Source of the DNA: a virus
Lineage: Duplodnaviria; Caudoviricetes
Length of the DNA: 64,000 nucleotides
Reading direction: 5' to 3' (one strand)
Virus record (IMG/VR): IMGVR_UViG_3300025892_000008
Positions 54,963 through 64,000 of the stretch are shown here, piece after piece. A model generated the notes under the pieces. It saw only the letters and a program-made list of their open reading frames with translations. It was not told the origin of the DNA and did no database searches. The position numbers and the translations under genes are program-made. Numbering within the stretch: position 1 is the first letter of the stretch; each line of letters begins with the position of its first letter.

Positions 54963-55553
54963 TTAATTACTCCCTACAGGACTCTTGACCCCTGCTTTGT
55001 CTTGTTTTAATTTTGGTGTGTCTTGATAAACATCTGCTTTTAGTTTATCATGCCCTAGTTCTTTTTTTCTTGCTTTTGCTTCTTTAGAAAGTTCTTTTAA
55101 GAAACCTTTATTGAAGTCATCTCCAAAGTAATCCTTTTGCTTTACGTTCATGCCATCTTTATATTCGTTGTCATGTAGTAATGCACCTTCGTAATCTGCT
55201 TTGCTTCCCATAGTAATTTGATCAATTTCTGTTGGGCTTGCACTATTTCTAACTTTGTAATAACCTGCTTCACAACATTCCATTTCAAAAATTTCTTTTT
55301 CAATTTCTGAAGTAGTAATTGGATACTCAGTCATTACATCAAATGTGTGTACCTCCATGTTTTTCAACGTTGGAAAATCATGTGGTACTTCTGTAACCGG
55401 AGTAGTTTTCATTTGTTCAAATTGCATAATACCGCGATTATCAAGTCTTGCTTTTAAATCGTCTGCAAAACTTTCTGGTAAATCACCTGCAACTTTTACC
55501 TTAAAACTATAGGTTTTTTTGGCTTCTGATAGATATTGTGTGTACGTCTTCAT
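54963..55553 (-). CDS. putative internal head protein with capsid-targeting-like N-terminus
   Basis: MKTYTQYLSEA resembles T4 IPIII MKTYQEFIAE. Confidence 0.6.
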   Translation of the reverse strand: MKTYTQYLSEAKKTYSFKVKVAGDLPESFADDLKARLDNRGIMQFEQMKTTPVTEVPHDFPTLKNMEVHTFDVMTEYPITTSEIEKEIFEMECCEAGYYKVRNSASPTEIDQITMGSKADYEGALLHDNEYKDGMNVKQKDYFGDDFNKGFLKELSKEAKARKKELGHDKLKADVYQDTPKLKQDKAGVKSPVGSN

Positions 55554-55561
55554 GTAAGTAT

Positions 55562-56050
55562 TTATTCCTTTTCGCTTAATTTCTTAATTAATTCATTGCG
55601 ATCAAGCATTACATAGCCCTTTCCATCGAGAACATCATTAGAATCTTCGGGTGAATCTTGGTCCAATTTAAATTTTTTCAACTGTAAATCTACTGCTTTT
55701 AGTTTTTTATCTACTTTTGCAGTTTTAGCATCTATAGCATTTTTAAGCATACTACTAGCAACTTCAAATATTCGTCCACTATAACGTACTTCTACGTTCA
55801 TGCCTAAATCCATTAGATCATCATATGCTTTTTCTGCTTTATCTGCAAGACTATCTAAATCTTTTTCTTCTAAAGCATCTAGTTCGTTTATCTTAGGCAA
55901 ATCGCCTGTTATTTTAGTTACTTCTTTGTAACTTTCTTCAATGCTTTTAATTTGTTGAGGTGTTACTTCAACAGGAACTGACTCTTCTGCTTGCTTTTGG
56001 GCAGTTTTTTTATCTTCCATATTAAACAGTTCTTCTAATTTCTTTGTCAT
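55562..56050 (-). CDS. putative terminase small subunit (gp16-like)
   Basis: R..EVASSMLKNAIDA..coiled coil..DRNELIKKL. Confidence 0.55.
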   Translation of the reverse strand: MTKKLEELFNMEDKKTAQKQAEESVPVEVTPQQIKSIEESYKEVTKITGDLPKINELDALEEKDLDSLADKAEKAYDDLMDLGMNVEVRYSGRIFEVASSMLKNAIDAKTAKVDKKLKAVDLQLKKFKLDQDSPEDSNDVLDGKGYVMLDRNELIKKLSEKE

Positions 56051-56058
56051 ACTATTAC

Positions 56059-56499
56059 TTATCGTCTCTTGTTGCCAGTGTGAAAAATATCTTCTTCATT
56101 TACAATACGGAATCTAACACGTTTTTGTTTACACCATGCTCCTGCTGCTTCCCATTTTGCCATATTTTTAATATACTGTTCTTGATTGAATCTGCTTTTT
56201 CCAACATGTTCTCTCATAGTTTGGTTTTTAGGTTTTACTTCTATAACTTCCGCTCTCTTCTTTCCACCTTTTTGCAAATATACAACAAAAAAGTCTGGAA
56301 CATATATTGAATACTTTCCTGTTAATGGATCTCTATATGGTATCTTGATACTTTCACTTGCCCATGTTTCTACACCTGGATGTTCATCCAGCATTCTCAT
56401 AAAAACAAACTCCCAACTACTTCTAGCAAGGGGTTTTTTTGTACCTACATATTTTGCAGGATTCTTCATTTCGAATCTTCCTTGTGCAAACTTAGGCAT
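56059..56499 (-). CDS. head completion nuclease (T4 gp4-like)
   Basis: RSSWE, WASESIKIPY, YVPDF, IEVKP. Confidence 0.88.
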   Translation of the reverse strand: MPKFAQGRFEMKNPAKYVGTKKPLARSSWEFVFMRMLDEHPGVETWASESIKIPYRDPLTGKYSIYVPDFFVVYLQKGGKKRAEVIEVKPKNQTMREHVGKSRFNQEQYIKNMAKWEAAGAWCKQKRVRFRIVNEEDIFHTGNKRR

Positions 56500-56906
56500 T
56501 ATGGTACCACGTTACGTTGTTTTGATATATCTTGAGATGGGTTTCTATAGCCTAGCGTAGATGTAGGCGGTCGGTTGTTGTTAAGTATTTCAGATACTAA
56601 ACCACTTATTTCTAATCCTTCTAATTTTTTCAAATCATCTAGTATAGAAAAAATTGGTGTATTTTCAAGTTTTGCTTGTTTTAGAACACTCATTGAAATA
56701 CTTGATGCTGCTTCTTTTGAAAATCCTCTGCTTTCAAAAAAACCTATAGTCGCATCAACTTCAGTTGCGTTAAATTCTAACGGTGCAGTACCGTATGTGT
56801 CAAAAAACAATTTTGTTTTTGCAGCACTGTCAGTAAGTTTTTTTGCTGGTAAATTTGTTGTAGCCATATTATTGTCCGATGTCCTGTCTTCCTGTGCCGG
56901 ATCCAC
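56499..56906 (-). CDS. hypothetical structural-cluster protein
   Basis: Coupled ORF; start may be MATTN. Confidence 0.6.
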   Translation of the reverse strand: MDPAQEDRTSDNNMATTNLPAKKLTDSAAKTKLFFDTYGTAPLEFNATEVDATIGFFESRGFSKEAASSISMSVLKQAKLENTPIFSILDDLKKLEGLEISGLVSEILNNNRPPTSTLGYRNPSQDISKQRNVVP

Positions 56907-57981
56907 CTAATTTTTTCGGTGTGCCTTTAGTAGTTGAGTTGCTAGGATCATTTTTATTAAACACTGAGCCTGCAATTCCGCTTATTGTATTTGCAACTGC
57001 TTGTGTACCAACTGGGCTAGTAAGTATATTTGTTGCTTCTGATAATAATCCTGCTTTGCTTAATCCTTTAGCACCCTTATAAGTATTTACTGCTTTAATT
57101 GCAGTGCTTAAAAAATTTCCTCCAGAACTAAATGCTGTACCATCTCCAACTGCACCAAACACAGATTCTAATCCATCTAGTACTCCACCTGCTCCTAATA
57201 AATTTCCTGTGCCGCCGCCTCCGACAGTTAAAGGTCCAGGTGTATTATCATAATGTAATGTAGCAAACCCTTTAGGTTCGCCTTCGCTAACTGTTCCTGC
57301 AGAGTAAACAACTGCTTCATACTGTAAAGTCATTGTGCTTTCAGCAGGCTCAGATGTTGCTGCATAATCTCTATTGCCGTGTTGCCAAGTTTTAATTTTA
57401 GGATTGACAAGTGTATATCCTATAAATCTTCGTCTGCCCATTGTATACAAAGTTACACTTTTAAATAGTGGACTACTAACATCGTTATCTAATCCATATC
57501 TAAACTTATCAAATTCTGTACCTGTTGCTCTATAAGGATCTGTTTTATCACTATACGCTGAACTAGGTAAGTTTCTATCTTTAACATAATAACCATAGTA
57601 AATTGCCCATAATGCATTTATAACACCTTGGTTATCATCGTGGAATGTAAAACTTACATCTTCATAATTAATATTTTTGTAAACAATTCTTTTTCGATTA
57701 TACTGATTAAAAGTTTCTGTGTCAAAATTAAACTTTGGTAAGTCAGCAGTCTTTACTAGTAATCCTGTTTCGTCAGCATGCTTTGCTGTAAAATTAGCAG
57801 CCTTGTGTGCAGATGGATCTAATTCAATTTTTAAATAATAATTAAATTTCGTCTTTGGTGCAAGACGCATATTATCATCAATAAACAATCTAGTAGCATG
57901 TGTATAGTTCGCTACTCTACCTTTAGGATTTGTAATACCTGTGAATACGTCTGTCAGAAATCTAGTAAACTTATTTGCCAT
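56869..57981 (-). CDS. tail-tube-fold baseplate/tail tube initiator (gp54/gp48-like)
   Basis: ADLPKFNF..NQYNRKR..Y..VSFTFHDD; adjacent to the tail tube gene. Confidence 0.7.
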   Translation of the reverse strand: MANKFTRFLTDVFTGITNPKGRVANYTHATRLFIDDNMRLAPKTKFNYYLKIELDPSAHKAANFTAKHADETGLLVKTADLPKFNFDTETFNQYNRKRIVYKNINYEDVSFTFHDDNQGVINALWAIYYGYYVKDRNLPSSAYSDKTDPYRATGTEFDKFRYGLDNDVSSPLFKSVTLYTMGRRRFIGYTLVNPKIKTWQHGNRDYAATSEPAESTMTLQYEAVVYSAGTVSEGEPKGFATLHYDNTPGPLTVGGGGTGNLLGAGGVLDGLESVFGAVGDGTAFSSGGNFLSTAIKAVNTYKGAKGLSKAGLLSEATNILTSPVGTQAVANTISGIAGSVFNKNDPSNSTTKGTPKKLGGSGTGRQDIGQ

Positions 57982-57997
57982 ACTAGTATTTAGCCAT

Positions 57998-58029
57998 AAA
58001 AAAAGCCCGGGGTTTTAAGCCCGAGCTTT
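57998..58029 (-). terminator. intrinsic terminator after tail tube gene
   Basis: AAAGCTCGGGC/GGGCTTTTTTT on the minus strand. Confidence 0.7.
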
Positions 58030-58053
58030 CTAATATCAATACTAAAATTAGTA

Positions 58054-58695
58054 TTAGCCTTGTGCTGTACCAGAACCAGTAGTAGATGCGCCAAGCGTTC
58101 TTTCCACTGCTGCACCAATTCCAACGCCAACGCCTTGTTCGCCTGCACCCCATTGTACCATGTTGTCAAAACGTATAGTTAATGCTACACGCATGTCTTC
58201 GTTAGTACCGTAGTTTGCATCGCCATAATCAGCGGACGTTAAGAAACAACCATACATATTTGCTGTTTCTAACACGTTAACTCCGGAAGCATTGTTTCCA
58301 TTGCCACCGTCTAATACTTCAATCTTAGTAGTAAATTTGTAATCAATACCTGATCTAGCAGATGCTTGTTCAACAAAATCGAACTGCTTCTGAACCTGTT
58401 GACCAACAAGTTTTTGAACTTCGCCACTAGCGTCATCACGCAAATTAAGCGTGATAGTCTCAAATGTATACTTACCTGCTAAGAATACTTTTGAGTTGTA
58501 AACGTCTAGCGTCATTTCTTCAAAACCAACTTTTGGTCTTGTAACGTCAACTACTTGTTTTGTTAATTCAGTTGCAGAACTTACTCCAAATCCTAAAAGT
58601 GTCACCCTAAAGCGATACTTTAGTTTAGGCATCAAGAGCACTTGGTTGCCTGCGTCTGTTGGTACTGAAAAGTTATTTAATGATGTAATAGGCAT
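58054..58695 (-). CDS. tail tube protein (gp19-like)
   Basis: PKLKYRFRV, RP..FEE, AGKYTFE.ITL..RDD, GCF. Confidence 0.88.
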   Translation of the reverse strand: MPITSLNNFSVPTDAGNQVLLMPKLKYRFRVTLLGFGVSSATELTKQVVDVTRPKVGFEEMTLDVYNSKVFLAGKYTFETITLNLRDDASGEVQKLVGQQVQKQFDFVEQASARSGIDYKFTTKIEVLDGGNGNNASGVNVLETANMYGCFLTSADYGDANYGTNEDMRVALTIRFDNMVQWGAGEQGVGVGIGAAVERTLGASTTGSGTAQG

Positions 58696-58698
58696 GTC

Positions 58699-61600
58699 TT
58701 ATATCTCCCCTGTGTTCTTGACACGCAACGGAATGTATATAAACTCAATAGCCTTGACTGGTTCAATCGCAATATCAACATATAGTTCGTTGCGGTCGAC
58801 TCTAGCCGGAGTATTGTTTGTTTCATCACATACTACTGCGAAATCGTAAATTGCTCTAAGACCAACTAGTTCAAGAAGTAGACTTTCAACTGCCTGTTTT
58901 ACTTCATCTCTAGTAATCTTGTCATTTGGTTCAAAGATATACGGACGAGCCAATTTGTTAAGTTGACTACGCATGTATACAACTAAACGTGCTACGTTTA
59001 TTCTATCTAGTGCAGAAGCGTTTCTTGCTCTAGTTTTTTGTCCGTAGTTTACTAACCCTACACCATTAAAGAATGTAATTGGATTAACTTTTAGATCATA
59101 CAATGTATCTCTTTGTCCTTCGTTAAGTGCAACTGTTTGGAACTCGCCTGTTGCTGCATCAATAAATCCTACTGCTGTAGCATTTGAAATGCCGCCTCGT
59201 CTTGTTCCTGCAGGTGCAAACCATGGAAACGATACTTGATCACTTAGTGCAATAGTTCTCATCATCATGTGTGATGCTGGAACAACTGCGTTTGAACCAC
59301 CTAAGTCTGTTGTAAATCCATTTGGATAAAACGCACCTAAGTATTCATCGTATGTTACTAAGCCGTCATCGCCATTGTCTGTTACTAAGGAAGCATTTGT
59401 TCCCCAGTTAGTCAATGTAGTTGCATCTGCTGCTAATCTAAGTGGTGTATCACCAATAACAAACGCTGTTAAGCCTCTGTCAATGTTTAGATTAACTAGG
59501 TTGCTCATTAGCTCAGGATAACCAGGAGCAGCAATTATGTTAAAGTTGCGTCTCTCTTCGTCACGTACCTGGCTGCTTGTATCAACTGCACTCTTCATTC
59601 TTTGTACAACAACTTTACGTTGTGCTTTTCTACCGAATGAACCTGATCCGTCTTCGTTGTTACCTGATTCAGTAACCCAACGGTCAGTTGCATATGCACC
59701 CATCGCTTCGTCGTTATTGAAACGTTGGTTATCTGCTGTGATATCAATGTAGTTGTTAGCATAACGTTTAACGTTACCGCCACTTCTACGTAGATTCCAT
59801 AAAAGCATACCTTGTGGGTATAATGCAGGATCTGGAGCATCTGGATCTAAGAAGTCTACTTTTTGTAAATCCTTAATTGTTGCTGCTGTGTTACCAGTAG
59901 CACCAGTTGAACCATAACGTGCATCACCAAACAATACACCATCTTCAGATGTTTGATCAGTTTTATCAACTAAAACCCATCTTTCTGAAACTGGTCCTGA
60001 TTGGTTACCGTCATACTTGTAAATTGTTGGATAGTTTTCAATATCTGCTGTTGAAATCCAAAGGTCGCCTGTAACAGTTGTTCCTGCTACATACGGATTA
60101 GAAGCACTTACAGTTGGAACATAACCAACTCTATCGCTTGCTGCTTCAGTGTATGGACTTGTTGCACTTCTGTAACCTACCCAAGTAGTACCATCGTGTA
60201 TCATCATGTCTACATCTGAAAACTCTGGGTTGTACCAAAGTTGTCCGTCTGCTGGCTCTGCTTCTGGATTGTCTGAACTAGCATAAAAATCACTTGATGA
60301 AAGTGGCTGCCAGTTTGAAGCAAGATATCTATTTTCAGCAGTTGAATCATCAGCACCTGGTGCTAATTGACTTGAACCTGCTGTTAATGATGCGTCTGAC
60401 AAGTTGTAGAAGTTAGCAGTACCTGCTGCTGTATCAATGTTATATGGTGTAAACAATGCACCAAGAGCATCTCTTCCTACATCACGAAGTCTAATTTCAC
60501 CGCCTGTTTTGTGTGAAATTGTAATTTCGTTATTTGCTGTAACAGCCGCTTCAACATTTGTAAAGCCTGCTGCGTTAATAGCCGCTGCCATTGTGTTAGC
60601 ATCTGAACTTGAACCTGAACTTGAAAATGTAACATTTATTGCTGCATTTAATGCTTCTTGTCCTTGAATTGATTCTTGGATTTCAAATGTGTAATCATCT
60701 GCTATCAATTGTGTTGCAACAACTGCTGATGTAACTGTTGTTACTCCAGTGTTAGCTCTACGCCATGTACGGAACACTGCTGTTGCTGGAGATGAATCAT
60801 ACATGCTATGCTCAAATGCATTAGTTTGTACAAACAAACTGTCTGCTGCTAAATTAATGCCTGCTCCGCTTCTGTCTAATGAATAAATTGCTGAATGTCC
60901 GCTTGCATATAATGGAGCATCATATGATACCCAAGTTGCAGTTGCTGAATTCCACTTTGCTGCTCTCCATCTTGAACCGTTGTTTGGTTCTGTAGTTTTG
61001 ATCCAAACTGATCCTGTTGGTCTAGCGCCTGCATCTGTTCCAGGAGTACCTTTCCACTGTGGCACAAGTGTGTGTGGCGCCTGGTAAAGTTCTGGACCTT
61101 TGTATGTTACTGGTGAAATTTCTAATTCAGTTAAGTCAGCATTGTTTGCTCCAATAACAACTGTGTTTGCATTTGTATTAGAAGTTCCATCAGTGTAAAT
61201 GTAAATTCTATCACTTACATTCTTTGCTGTAGTACCTGCAATACTTAGACCGTTAATTGTTGCTACAATATCATCTACTGAATCACTGCCGCCTATTGCA
61301 ACTGTTGTACTATTAATAGTAAAGTTACCTGCTGCTGCTGTAATTTTAGATCCTGTTAATTGTGCTGTAATTACTGTTGGAATACTTGCTCTCCACTCCT
61401 GAGAACCTACTAGTACCCAATTACCTGCTGCAACACCTGCTTGTGTGTTACCTGGTGATTTGTAATACATTCTTGCTGGGTCTTTAGAAAAACTAAATGA
61501 CCCTGTTGCTGCTGTTCCTACAGTTTCAAATACAACTGCATAGTCACCAATTGATCCTACTGATCCTAGTGGAGCGTTATTTGAAATCTTCGCTGCATCT

Positions 61601-62118
61601 GCATCAGTTAAAACAATAGGAGTCTTAGCAGCAAATTTTTGTCCGCCTGTAGTGCTTAATGCTGCACTATTCCATTGTTGGATACCCCATGCTGTAGATC
61701 CAGTGTTAATCCACCAAGTTCCATCAGGTGGGTTCGCTCCCGGAGCCTCTGCTGTTCCTGTTAGTTGCCCTAAATCAACATTTGCTCTCGTTACGAACGC
61801 TGCGTTAGATACACCTAGTAAACTGTATGCTGCCAATAGGCCATATTCATTAAGTTCGCTACCATGAATAGGTGTATTGCTCGCTGTCTTTTCGAAGTTA
61901 GGAACTCCAAAAAGATCTACTAATTCTTTTTGACTTGTCACTTTAAATGCATTCCCTGCATTCGCCGCCGAAGTTGCTGAAGCAACGCCAGTGCCTGCGG
62001 CATTAGTTTTGTCTTGGGCCGTTGCTACTATAATAAGTGGAGTTGTTCCGGGTTCAGCCGGAGTATAAAAACTCTCATCTATTACACTAACTTCTACGCC
62101 GGGTGATGTAAGTGCCAT
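58699..62118 (-). CDS. tail sheath protein (gp18-like, enlarged)
   Basis: LTSPGVEVSVIDES N-terminus; WFAPAGTRRG, VNPI, RINVARL, PVKAIEFI C-terminus. Confidence 0.95.
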   Translation of the reverse strand: MALTSPGVEVSVIDESFYTPAEPGTTPLIIVATAQDKTNAAGTGVASATSAANAGNAFKVTSQKELVDLFGVPNFEKTASNTPIHGSELNEYGLLAAYSLLGVSNAAFVTRANVDLGQLTGTAEAPGANPPDGTWWINTGSTAWGIQQWNSAALSTTGGQKFAAKTPIVLTDADAAKISNNAPLGSVGSIGDYAVVFETVGTAATGSFSFSKDPARMYYKSPGNTQAGVAAGNWVLVGSQEWRASIPTVITAQLTGSKITAAAGNFTINSTTVAIGGSDSVDDIVATINGLSIAGTTAKNVSDRIYIYTDGTSNTNANTVVIGANNADLTELEISPVTYKGPELYQAPHTLVPQWKGTPGTDAGARPTGSVWIKTTEPNNGSRWRAAKWNSATATWVSYDAPLYASGHSAIYSLDRSGAGINLAADSLFVQTNAFEHSMYDSSPATAVFRTWRRANTGVTTVTSAVVATQLIADDYTFEIQESIQGQEALNAAINVTFSSSGSSSDANTMAAAINAAGFTNVEAAVTANNEITISHKTGGEIRLRDVGRDALGALFTPYNIDTAAGTANFYNLSDASLTAGSSQLAPGADDSTAENRYLASNWQPLSSSDFYASSDNPEAEPADGQLWYNPEFSDVDMMIHDGTTWVGYRSATSPYTEAASDRVGYVPTVSASNPYVAGTTVTGDLWISTADIENYPTIYKYDGNQSGPVSERWVLVDKTDQTSEDGVLFGDARYGSTGATGNTAATIKDLQKVDFLDPDAPDPALYPQGMLLWNLRRSGGNVKRYANNYIDITADNQRFNNDEAMGAYATDRWVTESGNNEDGSGSFGRKAQRKVVVQRMKSAVDTSSQVRDEERRNFNIIAAPGYPELMSNLVNLNIDRGLTAFVIGDTPLRLAADATTLTNWGTNASLVTDNGDDGLVTYDEYLGAFYPNGFTTDLGGSNAVVPASHMMMRTIALSDQVSFPWFAPAGTRRGGISNATAVGFIDAATGEFQTVALNEGQRDTLYDLKVNPITFFNGVGLVNYGQKTRARNASALDRINVARLVVYMRSQLNKLARPYIFEPNDKITRDEVKQAVESLLLELVGLRAIYDFAVVCDETNNTPARVDRNELYVDIAIEPVKAIEFIYIPLRVKNTGEI

Positions 62119-62246
62119 TTACTTTTCTCCTGGTAATAATTCAATTCATTACGTAATGTATTGTTATATTGTATTTAGCGGAATGATTAAAAAATGGTGC
62201 GTTAAGGCGCTTTAGACAAAGGGATAGAAAAGGTGTAAATACATGT

Positions 62247-62582
62247 ATGAGACCTTTATGCAAGTGCGGTTTAAGACCCAAAGCAGTAAACTATAAGAAA
62301 TACGGTAAAACGTATTATAGAAGTCTATGTGAAGCATGTTCTAAACATGGATTATATCATGGTATACCTAGATGGTATAGAGCAGGTTACAGAATCAAGA
62401 AACAGTGTGATAAATGCGGCCACAAATCGCCGCACAAAGAAGTATTTAGAGTATATCATGTTGATGAGAATCTAGATAACTGTAAACACAGCAATTTAAA
62501 AAGTGTATGTGCTAATTGCCGTACTGTACTATCTAAAGAAGGTGTTAAATGGAAACAGGGCGATTTAGTTGCTGATTATTGA
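62247..62582 (+). CDS. HNH-like zinc-binding protein
   Basis: CxC, CxxC, CDKCG..YHVDENLDN..NL..VCANC. Confidence 0.7.
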   Translation: MRPLCKCGLRPKAVNYKKYGKTYYRSLCEACSKHGLYHGIPRWYRAGYRIKKQCDKCGHKSPHKEVFRVYHVDENLDNCKHSNLKSVCANCRTVLSKEGVKWKQGDLVADY

Positions 62583-63182
62583 TTTTATATCTGTATACAA
62601 GTCATCAATACTATTATCATTAGCAATTATATGATCAAACTTTGTTCCTACCCATGCCCATTCAGACGAGTGTATTTTACGAATCTTCATTTCATTTATA
62701 TTTAAGTTTGAACCGTTGACTGCTTTTACAGCATGCTCATACCATTCAGGTAAATCACCGCGTGTTACCCAAAGTATTTCACCACCTAAATTCTTAATTG
62801 CTTTGATTTCGTTAGGAAAACGTACATCACTAATAACAATATTATCTTTGCTTTGACGTAATTTGTTTTCAATACTAGCAATCCATATATCATCATGAAA
62901 AGTTTTACGACATACTTCAGTACCCCAATATTGTAATACCCAACGAGGAGTAAGTGTAGGCATATCTAATCTTTCAGCCCACCATTTATCTACCTGCTCA
63001 CGCCATTCTCGAGACTCTTTTGTTCTTCCTTCAAGCATGATTCTATCCCAGCCAAATACTGCTGCTACTGAATCTTTTAGTGAATCTGCGAAACTTTCTC
63101 TACGGTACTCATGGAAATTAACCAGATAGTCTGCTACTGTATCTTTACCACAACCGATAAACCCGCAAACGCCTATAATCAT
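62565..63182 (-). CDS. deoxynucleoside monophosphate kinase (T4 gp1-like)
   Basis: GFIGCGKDT, FADSLKD, LQYWGTEV.R, SDVRFPNE, HSSE. Confidence 0.92.
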   Translation of the reverse strand: MIIGVCGFIGCGKDTVADYLVNFHEYRRESFADSLKDSVAAVFGWDRIMLEGRTKESREWREQVDKWWAERLDMPTLTPRWVLQYWGTEVCRKTFHDDIWIASIENKLRQSKDNIVISDVRFPNEIKAIKNLGGEILWVTRGDLPEWYEHAVKAVNGSNLNINEMKIRKIHSSEWAWVGTKFDHIIANDNSIDDLYTDIKSIISN

Positions 63183-63237
63183 ATAACTCTCTCCTTTAAA
63201 GTTATATTATAGCATCTATTGCGTGTATGTCAAGTGT

Positions 63238-63579
63238 TTAATAAAAAGGTTTTGGTTGTCCTGGCTTACCTGTGTTAAGTTTTCTTGCCAAAACACTTGC
63301 TGTGTTAATTGATTTACTTCTCTTCTGTCTACGTGCTTGTGTTGGTGAAGTTCTAGCACGAGTAGTTTTCATTTTTTGTGCTCTAGCAACATTGTACTGT
63401 TGTACACATTTAGAAGGATGACTAACTTGTCTGCCTTTTCTTGGACCTACTGAGCATCTAAAACGCAGTTTAGTTTTGCCGCCTTTAGCAGTAGGAGCAG
63501 CTCTACCCCACACCATTTTAGCAACCTCATTAAAGATTTCCTGATGCTCTTCTTCTGTTACTAATTCGTGTATTTTCAT
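63238..63579 (-). CDS. basic hypothetical protein with MKIHEL..E N-terminus
   Basis: TAATG coupling to the neck gene. Confidence 0.65.
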   Translation of the reverse strand: MKIHELVTEEEHQEIFNEVAKMVWGRAAPTAKGGKTKLRFRCSVGPRKGRQVSHPSKCVQQYNVARAQKMKTTRARTSPTQARRQKRSKSINTASVLARKLNTGKPGQPKPFY

Positions 63580-63992
63580 TAACCTATAATCCAACTGTAG
63601 CCGTGTCCGCCTGCAACTTGTGTTCCAAGTTCCATGGTCAGTCTTTCAATATCATTAAAGCCTTCTGCTTTAATACTTGCACCGTTAAGTGCTGTACCAC
63701 CTTGTGGACCTGCAATACTTGCAAATTTTTCTCTTGCTTGTCCTACTATTACTTTACAGTTTGCAAGAGTATAATCTTTAACCCATTGTCCTGAATAAAC
63801 ATCTTCGAGTATTACATGATCAGGCTTATCATTGTATGCCCATAATAAAACTTCTTCAGTTCCTCTTGGACGTTGCATAATAATTAGTTTTTTGCTCTGT
63901 GGATTCCAAGTAAAGTTGATAAATGATCCAAACATTTTTCCAACTAGTTCTTGATATTGAGCAAATAATTCGTATGTTGCTAGTCCGCCCAT
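63579..63992 (-). CDS. neck protein (gp13-like), 3' part; gene runs off the window
   Basis: WVKDYTLA..K..GQAREKF..GPQGG..LNG. Confidence 0.85.
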   Translation of the reverse strand: MGGLATYELFAQYQELVGKMFGSFINFTWNPQSKKLIIMQRPRGTEEVLLWAYNDKPDHVILEDVYSGQWVKDYTLANCKVIVGQAREKFASIAGPQGGTALNGASIKAEGFNDIERLTMELGTQVAGGHGYSWIIG

Positions 63993-64000
63993 ATTGGTTG

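Noticed and set aside
56059-56499. TnsA-like nuclease as a transposase
   Set aside because: Size, motifs and position match the T4 gp4 head-completion protein; no terminal repeats.
1-64000. Stop-codon reassignment
   Set aside because: Core genes are full length in the standard code and no suppressor tRNA was seen.

Overview
This AT-rich 64-kb window comes from a large contractile-tailed dsDNA phage of the broad T4-like lineage. (1) 0.2-14 kb holds tRNA-Arg(UCU), tRNA-Leu(UAA) and about 20 short early cassettes. Each cassette has a sigma70-type promoter and most share an unusual conserved ribosome-binding site, GGAGCG. This block includes an AAA ATPase, a MoxR ATPase and a peptidase-VWA partner. 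(2) 14-20 kb holds small ORFs, a 2OG-Fe(II) oxygenase, an SGNH-like protein and tRNA-Arg(GCG). (3) 20-35 kb is a minus-strand replication block: nucleotidyltransferase, DnaB-type helicase, carbamoyltransferase, primase, a 190-aa DnaE-like core, UvsW and sugar-nucleotide enzymes. (4) 36-46 kb is a glycosyltransferase/methyltransferase island. (5) 46-64 kb holds UvsY, RecA/UvsX, gp32-like SSB, a pqqA missing from the ORF track, terminases, head completion, tail tube/sheath, dNMP kinase and a neck protein. The most striking unexplained signals are four: a 2.07-kb early segment whose coding strand has no TC or CC dinucleotide; two hairpins with an identical loop complementary to the early GGAGCG RBS; late genes with TAAATA exactly 5 nt before the ATG, implying leaderless mRNA; and the phage-borne pqqA. 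All calls come from manual motif reading and manual counts; no database searches were run.
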